A DNA stretch of 64,000 bases from an uncultured bacterium (GTDB taxonomy: Bacteria; Krumholzibacteriota; Krumholzibacteriia; LZORAL124-64-63): positions 137,949-201,948 of the forward strand of contig CALMJK010000004.1 in assembly GCA_937864225.1 (NCBI GenBank). The letters are read 5' to 3'. Both the position numbers and the translations under genes were made by a program. How positions within the stretch are numbered: the first letter of the stretch is position 1; every line of letters begins with the position of its first letter. Under the pieces are notes generated by a model. The model ran no database searches, had not been told where the DNA came from, and worked only from the letters and a program-made list of their open reading frames with translations. This document shows, one piece after another, positions 1 through 8,123 of the stretch.

Positions 1-202
1 CGCTCCACAACGGCAGGCGCTCGCCGAGTCCCGGATGGTGCTCGGCGTCGTCACCGTGTCGCGTGGGCCCGTTGTGCGCGGCGGGCGTGTCGGGACCGGC
101 GAAGGCAAGAGTTGCCGGTACACAGGTCCACGCCAGGAGCAGGGCCAGGACGAGCGTCGTTGCGGGCGGCAATCTCCGACGCGAGACGGTCAAGGAACGC
201 AT
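1..202 (-). CDS. N-terminal fragment of a secreted protein (runs off the window)
   Basis: Not in ORF track. Manual translation from ATG at 202: MRSLTVSRRRLPPATTLVLALLLAWTCVPATLAFAGPDTPAAHNG..., a Sec-type signal peptide. GGAGG lies just upstream, and there is no stop before position 1. Confidence 0.6.
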   Translation of the reverse strand, partial: MRSLTVSRRRLPPATTLVLALLLAWTCVPATLAFAGPDTPAAHNGPTRHGDDAEHHPGLGERLPLWS

Positions 203-367
203 GCAGCCTCCGGAAATGATCGTGCGCATCGGGAGCTGAAGGACAGGGCGGACGGCCCGCCCGTCACCGGCGGGCTCGCTTTCAAGTTGAGCGATTCGCC
301 CAACCTAGGCTAGGCTCGTCGCGCTGTCAACCGCCGCGGATCCCCCTCGATGCCCGTGTGGGGGCGC

Positions 368-1480
368 ATGACCATCGCGTTTCTGAGCACCCGCTCCGGC
401 CTGTGGGGCGGCGAGATCCACCTGCTGCAGCTGGCGAGCGGGCTGGCACGGCGGGGACACGACGTGGTCTGCTGCGTTCGCCCCGACGGCGAACTGGCCC
501 CGCGCCTGCGCGCGGCGGGGTTGGAGGTCCAACCGCTGCCGCTCGTCGACTGGTTCGAACCGTTCGGCACCGCCCGCTTGGCGCACTGGCTGAGGCGTCG
601 GCGCGTGGCGATCCTGCACTCCCACTGCCCGCGCGACCACTACCTGTCTGCGGTGGCCACCCTGGGCTCGGACACGCGCAACGTGGGCACGCGGCATCAG
701 CTGCGTCCCATCGGCTGCCCGGCGCTCAAGCGCCCGTTCTTCCGGCGCTTCGCCGCCATGATCGCGGTGTCGGAGGCCGTGCGGGCGGCGTTCGTCGCCT
801 CCGGCGTCATGGACCCGCGGCGCGTGGTCACGATTCCCAACGGCATCGATGACCGGCGTCGCTTGCCCCGCCGCGACGGGCTGCGCCGCCTGGCGGGCCT
901 CGACGCGGACGTGCCCGTGATCGGTTACGTCGGGCGGCTCAGCCGCGAGAAGGGGATCGAGACGCTGCTCGAGGCCGCGGCGCGCCTGCGCGGGCCGGAC
1001 GGCGCCGCGCCCTGGCTGTTCATCGTGGGCCGGGAGCCGGACGCGGGGAAGGGGTACACCGTACGCTTGGCGGCCATGGCGACCCGGCTGGGGATCGGCC
1101 CGACGACCAGGTTCTTCGGCTGGGTCGAGGACGCCGCCTCCGCGAGCGCCGACTTTGACGTGCACGTCGTGCCGTCCCAGGCGGAGCCGTTCGGGCTGAG
1201 CACGCTCGAGGGCATGGCGCACGGACACGCCGTGATCGCCACCGCCAGCGGCGGCAGTCCCGAGATCCTGCGCCACGGCGTCGACGGCCTGCTCGTGCCG
1301 CCTGGCGACCCGGAGGCGCTCGCGGCGGGCCTGGCGCGCCTGTTGGCGGACCCGGCGCTGCGCGAGCGGCTGGGCGCGCGGGCGCGACAAAGGGTTCAGG
1401 AGTCGTTTTCGCTCCGCGGGATGGTCGAGGCGGTGGAGGCCGTCTACGCCGGGGCGCGCGCGGGCGCGGCGCCAGCCTGA
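368..1480 (+). CDS. Glycosyltransferase family 4 (GT-B fold)
   Basis: N-terminal GGE..L..LA.GL..RGHDV, GRLSREKG and EPFGLSTLEGMAHG motifs. Start could be 350 or 368. Confidence 0.9.
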   Translation: MTIAFLSTRSGLWGGEIHLLQLASGLARRGHDVVCCVRPDGELAPRLRAAGLEVQPLPLVDWFEPFGTARLAHWLRRRRVAILHSHCPRDHYLSAVATLGSDTRNVGTRHQLRPIGCPALKRPFFRRFAAMIAVSEAVRAAFVASGVMDPRRVVTIPNGIDDRRRLPRRDGLRRLAGLDADVPVIGYVGRLSREKGIETLLEAAARLRGPDGAAPWLFIVGREPDAGKGYTVRLAAMATRLGIGPTTRFFGWVEDAASASADFDVHVVPSQAEPFGLSTLEGMAHGHAVIATASGGSPEILRHGVDGLLVPPGDPEALAAGLARLLADPALRERLGARARQRVQESFSLRGMVEAVEAVYAGARAGAAPA

Positions 1481-1500
1481 GCCGCCGGGGGCGATGCTCG

Positions 1501-2172
1501 TCAGCGATCCGCGACGCCGCCGAGCAGCCCGCGCAAGAACGGCTCCAGGCCGTTCATCAGCAGCTGCACGGCGATGACCGTGACCATCAGTCCCATCAAT
1601 TTTTCCATGATGCGCAGACCGGTCTGTCCCAGGCGGCGCATGACGGCGTCGCCCCCCACGAGGATCAATCCGGTCGCCGCGAGCACGCCGACGATGCTGG
1701 CGAGCACCGCGATGCGCCCCGGCATGCCGGGCGCTTCCGCCATGAGGACCATGACGGTCGTGATCGAGCCGGGACCGGCCAGCAGCGGAATGGCCAGGGG
1801 CGTCACCGAGGGGTCCTCTTCCAGGCTCTCCTCCGGGTGGTCGTAGGAATGGGCGCTCTCGATGCCGGTGCGCCAGCGCCTCTGCCGCGACTGCAACATG
1901 TCGAGCCCGATCCCGAAGAAGATCACGCCGCCCGCGATGCGGAAGGCCGGGAGCGTGATGCCGAACAGGCGCAGGAGCGTGCCTCCCAGCACGGCGAAGC
2001 CCACGAGCACGGCGAGGGAGACCAGCAGCGCCCTGACCAGGATCGTGCGGCGTCGCCGGCGCGGCAGTTCCGCCGTGAGTCCGCTGAAGAAGGGTATGCA
2101 CCCCAGCGGATCGATCACCGCGAACAGCGAGGAGAGCGCGAAGACGCCAAATGCCCAGAGTTCCATCACCAT
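1501..2172 (-). CDS. marC: MarC family integral membrane protein
   Basis: LFAVIDPLG, FGITLPAFRIAGG, PLAIPLLAGPGSI and MGL..TVIAVQ MarC signatures. Start moved from 2277 to the ATG at 2172 (or 2166). Confidence 0.9.
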   Translation of the reverse strand: MVMELWAFGVFALSSLFAVIDPLGCIPFFSGLTAELPRRRRRTILVRALLVSLAVLVGFAVLGGTLLRLFGITLPAFRIAGGVIFFGIGLDMLQSRQRRWRTGIESAHSYDHPEESLEEDPSVTPLAIPLLAGPGSITTVMVLMAEAPGMPGRIAVLASIVGVLAATGLILVGGDAVMRRLGQTGLRIMEKLMGLMVTVIAVQLLMNGLEPFLRGLLGGVADR

Positions 2173-2350
2173 AATGAACCGCCCCGGCGCGTAGCCGGCG
2201 GAATCCTCTTCAAGGTGCGGGGCTGGGCGTCGGCGGGCAAGCGGATTTCCTTTGCTTGCGGTCCCTCGCGAAACCAAATTTCCGGTTTGAGGACCGTATC
2301 CGCGGCCCTCGGGGCAGGGCTGCGCGGCCAGCGCCGCAGGAGGTTCCGGG

Positions 2351-4600
2351 ATGGCTATCCGCGATCAAGACGCTCTCAATTATCACGCTCATCCACGGCC
2401 CGGCAAGACTGAGGTCGTCCCGACCAAGCCGTGCGTCACGGCGCAGGATCTGTCCCTGGCCTACACGCCCGGGGTGGCGATCCCCTGCCTGGCCATCGAA
2501 AAGCAGCCATCTGACGCGTTCACGTACACGAACAAGGGCAATCTCGTGGCCGTCGTTTCCAACGGCACGGCCGTGCTGGGCCTGGGCGACATCGGCGCGC
2601 TGGCCGGCAAGCCGGTGATGGAGGGCAAGGGGGTCCTGTTCAAGCGGTTCGCCCACGTGGACGTCTTCGACATCGAATTGGACACCCACGACCCCGACGA
2701 AGTCATCAAGGTTTGCCAACTCCTCGAACCGACGTTCGGCGGCATCAACCTCGAGGACATCAAGGCGCCGGAGTGCTTCTACATCGAGGAAACGCTCAAG
2801 AAGACCATGAAGATCCCGGTCTTCCACGACGACCAGCACGGCACGGCCATCATCTCGGGCGCGGCCCTGTTGAACGCGTGCGAGATCACCGGTCGCGATC
2901 TCAAGTCGGTCAAGGTCGTGGTGTCCGGCGCCGGCGCCGCCGCGATCTCGTGCGCGAAGTTCTACGAGATGCTCGGCGTGCCGCGCGACAATTTCCTGCT
3001 TGTCGACACCAAGGGCGTGGTTTACCGGGGGCGCAAGGAGGGGATGAACCCCTACAAGGAGTACTTCGCCCAGGACACGAAGCTGCGAACCCTGGCGGAC
3101 GCGATGCGGGGCGCGGATGTTTTCCTGGGACTCTCCGCCAAGGGGCTCGTCTCGCCGGACATGCTGCGTTCCATGGCGAAGAGCCCCATCGTCTTCGCCA
3201 TGGCCAATCCCGATCCGGAGATCACCTACGACGACGCCAAGGCTGCGCGCAAGGACGTCATCATGGCGACCGGCCGCTCCGATTTTCCCAACCAGGTCAA
3301 CAACGTCCTCGGCTTTCCCTTCATCTTCCGCGGCGCGCTCGACGTGCGGGCAACGGCGATCAACGAGGAGATGAAGCTGGCGGCCGCCAAGTCGCTCGCC
3401 GAACTGACGCGCCAGCCGGTACCGGACAATGTCTGCGCCGCCTATGGCGGTCAGCGCTTCGAATTCGGGCCCGAGTACATCATTCCCAAGCCGTTCGATC
3501 CCCGCGTGCTGGTCTGGGAGGCGTACGCCGTCGCCAAGAAGGCGTGCGAGACGGGCGTGGCCCAGCGCCCCATCGAGGATTGGGAGGCCTACCGCGAGCA
3601 TCTGGAGGGGCTGATCAGCAAGAGCGTGGAAGTCATGCGCACGATCCGCGCCAAGGCCCACCGGCAGCAGAAGCGCGTGGTGTTCGCGGAGGGCGACAAC
3701 CCGCGCGTGATCGAGGCCTGCCACACGGTCGTCGAGGAAGGGCTGGCCAGGCCGATCCTGATCGGCAGCGTCGACGCGATCCGGCCGCACGCGGAGCGGG
3801 TCGGCCTCGACCTGGGCCGCGTCAGCATCGTGGATCCGGAGACCTCGCCGCACAACGAGAAGTACGCCAAGGCGTTGTACGAATGGTCCGCCCGCAAGGG
3901 CTACACGCCGCAGAAGGCGGCGTTGATGGTCCGCCGGCCGCACCACCACGCGATCATGATGCTGCGGGTGGGGCACGCGGACGGCATGGTCGCCGGCGGT
4001 GACCGACCCTACGTGGACACGATCCGCGCGTTGTTGCCGCTCGTGGAACTCAAACCCGGCGTGAAGCACGCCGCCGGGATGCACGTGCTGCTCGTGGAAG
4101 GCAAGGTGTTCATCTTCGCCGACACGACGGTCAATATCGAACCCGACGCGTCGCACTTGGTCGAGATCTCCCTGCTGGCGGCCGAGGTCGCGCGCTACTT
4201 CAACCTGGAGCCCCGCCTGGCCTTGCTCAGCTTCTCCAACTTCGGCGACAACAACCATCCCAAGGCCAGGAAGGTGCGCGAAGCCGTGGCGATCCTGCAC
4301 CGCGACCATCCGGACCTGATCGCCGACGGCGACATGCACGGCGACGTGGCCGTGCTGCCCGAGTTCAGCGCTCAGAATTTTCCGCACAGCCGCGTGCGCG
4401 GACAGGCCAATGTGCTCATCTTCCCCGATCTGATGAGCGGAAACATCGCTTACAAACTGGTGGGCAACATCGGCCGCCGCGAGGTGATCGGGCCGCTGTT
4501 GATCGGTCTGAAGTATCCGATCAACATCATCGCCTACAACTCGGACGTGCGCGAGATCGTGAACATGACGGCGCTGTCGGCGTTCCAGGCCGGCGACTGA
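2351..4600 (+). CDS. maeB: NADP-dependent malic enzyme with C-terminal phosphotransacetylase-like domain
   Basis: [36 protein letters not shown] and NQVNNVL motifs, plus a PTA-like C-terminal third. 749 aa. Confidence 0.97.
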   Translation: MAIRDQDALNYHAHPRPGKTEVVPTKPCVTAQDLSLAYTPGVAIPCLAIEKQPSDAFTYTNKGNLVAVVSNGTAVLGLGDIGALAGKPVMEGKGVLFKRFAHVDVFDIELDTHDPDEVIKVCQLLEPTFGGINLEDIKAPECFYIEETLKKTMKIPVFHDDQHGTAIISGAALLNACEITGRDLKSVKVVVSGAGAAAISCAKFYEMLGVPRDNFLLVDTKGVVYRGRKEGMNPYKEYFAQDTKLRTLADAMRGADVFLGLSAKGLVSPDMLRSMAKSPIVFAMANPDPEITYDDAKAARKDVIMATGRSDFPNQVNNVLGFPFIFRGALDVRATAINEEMKLAAAKSLAELTRQPVPDNVCAAYGGQRFEFGPEYIIPKPFDPRVLVWEAYAVAKKACETGVAQRPIEDWEAYREHLEGLISKSVEVMRTIRAKAHRQQKRVVFAEGDNPRVIEACHTVVEEGLARPILIGSVDAIRPHAERVGLDLGRVSIVDPETSPHNEKYAKALYEWSARKGYTPQKAALMVRRPHHHAIMMLRVGHADGMVAGGDRPYVDTIRALLPLVELKPGVKHAAGMHVLLVEGKVFIFADTTVNIEPDASHLVEISLLAAEVARYFNLEPRLALLSFSNFGDNNHPKARKVREAVAILHRDHPDLIADGDMHGDVAVLPEFSAQNFPHSRVRGQANVLIFPDLMSGNIAYKLVGNIGRREVIGPLLIGLKYPINIIAYNSDVREIVNMTALSAFQAGD

Positions 4601-4624
4601 TCCGTCGTTTTTGTCGCGTCGCGC

Positions 4625-4691
4625 CGCCGCTCGGTGAGCGGCGACGAGCTGAATGGGAACGGGCGCGGGTGCTACGACATGGACCCGCGCC
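4625..4691. terminator. Two GC-rich hairpins between convergent maeB and dnaE2
   Basis: CGCCGCTC-GGT-GAGCGGCG (4625-4643) and GGCGCGGGT...ACCCGCGCC (4662-4691). No clear U-tract after either. Confidence 0.45.
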
Positions 4692-4698
4692 GCCAGAA

Positions 4699-7600
4699 TC
4701 ATAGCAATTTCACCCGCTCGGCCGTCACCGACAGCGAGCCGTGGTCGTTTTCGACGCGGCCGGTCACGACGTAGGGCCCCCGCGTCAGCAGCAGCCGGCC
4801 CCAGCGCGCGTACTCCCGCGGGAAGAGCGTGATCTCGCACAGGGCTGTCTCGTCTTCGAGGGTCAGGAACTTCATCCGCTCGCCGGTGCTGCGCACGTGC
4901 GCGCCCTTGGCCGCGACGATCAGGCCCGCGACCTTCACCCGGCGGCCGGCGCGGCGTTCCAGGTCGGCCGCCGGCACCACGCCGGCGCGCTGCAGCCGCG
5001 GCCGCAAGGCGGCCAGAGGGTGCGCGCTCGGCGTGAAACCGAGCACTTCCATTTCCTGGTCCAGCCGCTCGTCCGGCGAAAACTCGCGCAGACCGGCGCC
5101 GTCCGACGGCGCGGGCGGGAGGCGGAGGGCCGGCGTGGCGGCCGGCGCCGTCGCGCCGGGGGGCGGGAAGAGCGAGGGGACGGGCGAAAGCGCCGCGCCG
5201 CGCCGCCTCGCGCGCAGGGCGACGTGGCGCCACAGCAACTGCGGTCGGGTGGGTCCGAGACCGTCGCAGGCCCCGCAACGGATCAGATTGTCGACCTCCG
5301 GGCGCGTCAGCGCCGGCGCGCGCGCGAGCAAGTCGTCGAGGGAACCGAACGGTCCGTTCGCCCGTCGCGCCGCCAGGAGGGCGGCGAGGGAGCGTCGCGA
5401 GAGGCCGCGCACGCGCCCGAGTCCGACACGGATCGCGCCGTCGCCGCCGGTGAACCCGGCTTCGCTCTCGTTCACGTGCGGCAACAGGATCCGCAGGCCG
5501 AGACGGCGCGCCTCTTCGAGATAGGTGGCCGAAGCGTAATAGCCGCCGCCGTTGTCCAGGACGGCGGCCATGAACTCGGCCGGGTAGTGCGCCTTGAGCC
5601 ACGCGGCCTGGAAGGAGAGGACGGCGTAGCTGGCGGAGTGCGCCTTGCAGAAGGCGTAACCAGCGAAGGTGCTGATCTGGCGCCAGAGCTCGGCGATCGC
5701 CGCGTCCCCGACGAGCGCCGCGGCGCCGGTGCGGCGCGCGCCCGCGAGGAAGCGTTCCTTGAGGGCCAGGAAGTCGGCCGGATCGCCCTTGAAGCTCATC
5801 GCGCGGCGCATGATGTCGGCCTCGCCGAGGGACATCCCCGCCACCGCGGCGAGGGTCCGCATGACGTCCTCCTGGTAGACCATCACGCCATAGGTCTCGT
5901 TCAGGAACCCGAGCGCCGGGTGAGGCAGGCGAGCCGGTTCGAGGCCGAGGTGGCGGCGTACGAAAGAGCGTCCCATGCCGCTGTCGGCGGGACCGGGGCG
6001 GATCACGCTGCTGGCCGCGACGACGACCGGGAAGGTGTCGGCCTTGAGCCGGCGCAGCAGCGAGCGCATGCCGGGCGACTCGACGTAGAAGCAGCCGAGC
6101 GTTTCCCCTTCCCGCATCAGGCGGCGCGTGGCGGGGTCGTCGTCGAGCGGGCGGCCCAGGTCGAGCGCGACACCATGGCGGCGCGCGACGGCGCGCGCGG
6201 TGTCGGCGATGACGGACAGGCCGCGCTGGGAGAGCAGGTCGATCTTGACGAGCCCCAGCGCCTCGACGGCGTGCATGTCCATCTGGCTGACCTGCAGGCC
6301 CTTGCGGGCCCACTGCAGGGGGAACAGGCGGGTGAGCGGGGCGTCGCCGATGACCACCCCGCCGGCGTGCACGCCGAGGTGGCGCGGGAAGTCCGCCAGC
6401 GCGCGGGCCGCGCGCAGGAGCGAGCGGTAGGGCTCGCGCTGCAGGGGAAGCGCCGCCGCCTCGGGCACGGTCGCCACGGCGTCGGGGTCCTCGAGAGCGC
6501 GCCGGGGCAGGCGGCGGGCGATTGCGCCGATCTCGGCGGCGCTCCAGCCGTGCGCCCGGGCCGTCTCGCGCAGGGCCGAGCGGGCGCTGAAGCGGTTGAT
6601 GTTGCAGATCATCGCGGTGCGGTCGCGGCCGTATTTACGGTAGATGTACGCGAGCATCGCGTCGCGGTCCTTCCAGCCGAAATCGAGATCGATATCGGGC
6701 GGCGAGATCCGCTCCGGGTTGAGGAACCGCTCGAAGTAGAGGTCGTGGGCCAGTGGATCGACGTGCGTGATGCCGAGCGCGTAGCAGACGAGCGAGTTCG
6801 CCGCCGATCCGCGGCCCACGGAGGGCACGCCGCGCTCGCCGGCGTGCCGCACGATGTCCCAGACGATGAGCAGGTAGCCGGCGAAACCCAGTTTTGCGAC
6901 GACCGCCAGCTCGCGGTCGAGCCGCTCGCGCGCCGCGTCGGAAACGCGGCCGCGCCCGCGGCGCGCCAGCCCTTCGCGGCAGAGACGGGCCAAAAGAGCG
7001 TCGGCGTCTTCGCCCGGCGGCAAGGGAAAGACGGGATAGCGCCAGGCGCCGAGCTCGAAGCGGAAGCGGCAGGTGTCGGCGATCGCCTCCGTCTCGACGC
7101 AGGCGCGCGGAAACTCGGAGAGCAGGATCTCCATTTCGACGGGCGGGCGCAGCCAGGCGCCAGCCGGGGCGCACGCCGCCTCGTCCAGGGAGTCAAGCGT
7201 GCGGCAGGTGCGGATGGCCGACAGCAGCCGCTGCAGCGCCAACCCGCCGGGCGCGTCGGCCCACGCGTCGCCTCCCGCGACCACCGGCACCTGTCTGGCC
7301 TCAGCCCACTGCGCCAGGCGGCGCAAGCGGCGGTAGTCCGGACCGGCCTGTCCGCCGGCGGTCACGAGCAGCACCCGCGGGATGTCGCCCAGGGCGGCCA
7401 GGTCGCCGGGGCGGGCGGTGAGCGCGCCCAGCAGCTCCTCGGAATCGGTCAGGCAGAACAGGCGGCCCGGCCCGCCCGCCGCGTGTTCCCGCAAGAAGGG
7501 GGGCAGGTCGCGGCAGAGGTCGAAGTCGGGCCGGAGTTGGCGCGCGGTGACGAGGCGGCAGATGGCGGCGTACCCCTCGGCGTCGCGCGCCAGCAGCACC

Positions 7601-7911
7601 GCGCGGCGGCGGCCGGGGGCCAGCGAGCCGGGCACGAGCCGGGGCGGCGGCGCGGCGGCGCGGCGGGAGTTCCAGGGGCGATCGCCGGTGGGAAGGCCGC
7701 CGGGGCGGTCGTCGGTGATCTCGACACCGTGGATGGCGCGGATCCCGGCCGCGTCGCAGGCCTTCTGGAAAGCGACCGCCCCGTGCAGGGCGTTCAGGTC
7801 GGTCAGGGCGAGCGCCGGCTGGCCGAAGCCGGCCGCCCGCCGCACGAGCTGTTCGGGTCGCGCGGCGCCGCAGAGCAGCGAATAGTGGCTGTGGCAGTGC
7901 AGGTGGATCAT
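4699..7911 (-). CDS. dnaE2: Error-prone DNA polymerase III alpha subunit, DnaE2-like
   Basis: PHP motif HLHCHSHYSLL, GRGSAANS, FERFL, catalytic PDIDLDF, HAGG, KIDLL, F.KAHS and a C-terminal OB fold. GGAGGAG RBS precedes the ATG at 7911. It lacks the long tau-binding C-terminus of the replicative DnaE. Confidence 0.85.
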   Translation of the reverse strand: MIHLHCHSHYSLLCGAARPEQLVRRAAGFGQPALALTDLNALHGAVAFQKACDAAGIRAIHGVEITDDRPGGLPTGDRPWNSRRAAAPPPRLVPGSLAPGRRRAVLLARDAEGYAAICRLVTARQLRPDFDLCRDLPPFLREHAAGGPGRLFCLTDSEELLGALTARPGDLAALGDIPRVLLVTAGGQAGPDYRRLRRLAQWAEARQVPVVAGGDAWADAPGGLALQRLLSAIRTCRTLDSLDEAACAPAGAWLRPPVEMEILLSEFPRACVETEAIADTCRFRFELGAWRYPVFPLPPGEDADALLARLCREGLARRGRGRVSDAARERLDRELAVVAKLGFAGYLLIVWDIVRHAGERGVPSVGRGSAANSLVCYALGITHVDPLAHDLYFERFLNPERISPPDIDLDFGWKDRDAMLAYIYRKYGRDRTAMICNINRFSARSALRETARAHGWSAAEIGAIARRLPRRALEDPDAVATVPEAAALPLQREPYRSLLRAARALADFPRHLGVHAGGVVIGDAPLTRLFPLQWARKGLQVSQMDMHAVEALGLVKIDLLSQRGLSVIADTARAVARRHGVALDLGRPLDDDPATRRLMREGETLGCFYVESPGMRSLLRRLKADTFPVVVAASSVIRPGPADSGMGRSFVRRHLGLEPARLPHPALGFLNETYGVMVYQEDVMRTLAAVAGMSLGEADIMRRAMSFKGDPADFLALKERFLAGARRTGAAALVGDAAIAELWRQISTFAGYAFCKAHSASYAVLSFQAAWLKAHYPAEFMAAVLDNGGGYYASATYLEEARRLGLRILLPHVNESEAGFTGGDGAIRVGLGRVRGLSRRSLAALLAARRANGPFGSLDDLLARAPALTRPEVDNLIRCGACDGLGPTRPQLLWRHVALRARRRGAALSPVPSLFPPPGATAPAATPALRLPPAPSDGAGLREFSPDERLDQEMEVLGFTPSAHPLAALRPRLQRAGVVPAADLERRAGRRVKVAGLIVAAKGAHVRSTGERMKFLTLEDETALCEITLFPREYARWGRLLLTRGPYVVTGRVENDHGSLSVTAERVKLL

Positions 7912-8123
7912 CGGCTCCTCCGCCACCGGGCGCTGGACGGTGACGTCGGACAGCGTAGGCGAAAAAAAGGCGAAAATCAAGAAAAAGCGCCGCGCACTCG
8001 CGGTAACCCGGCGCCCGGCCGCGTCTTTTGTCGCGGCGCGGGAAGCGGTTTTGTTCTATTATTAGAGTTGGTTCAGCGAAACAACGGACCGGCCCCTCCT
8101 CTTGGGGCGGGAAGGGACGTGTC

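Noticed and set aside
35-313. 92-aa plus-strand ORF
   Set aside because: It is antisense to a better-supported signal-peptide ORF (ATG 202, minus strand, with GGAGG) and covers the intergenic promoter region.
8053-8083. Possible LexA box upstream of dnaE2 (GTTC-N14-GTTC; GGTTC-N4-AAACA)
   Set aside because: The spacing fits no known GTTC-N7-GTTC box, and there are two mismatches to TGTTC-N4-GAACA. No second copy in the window supports it, so it is kept only as a remark.
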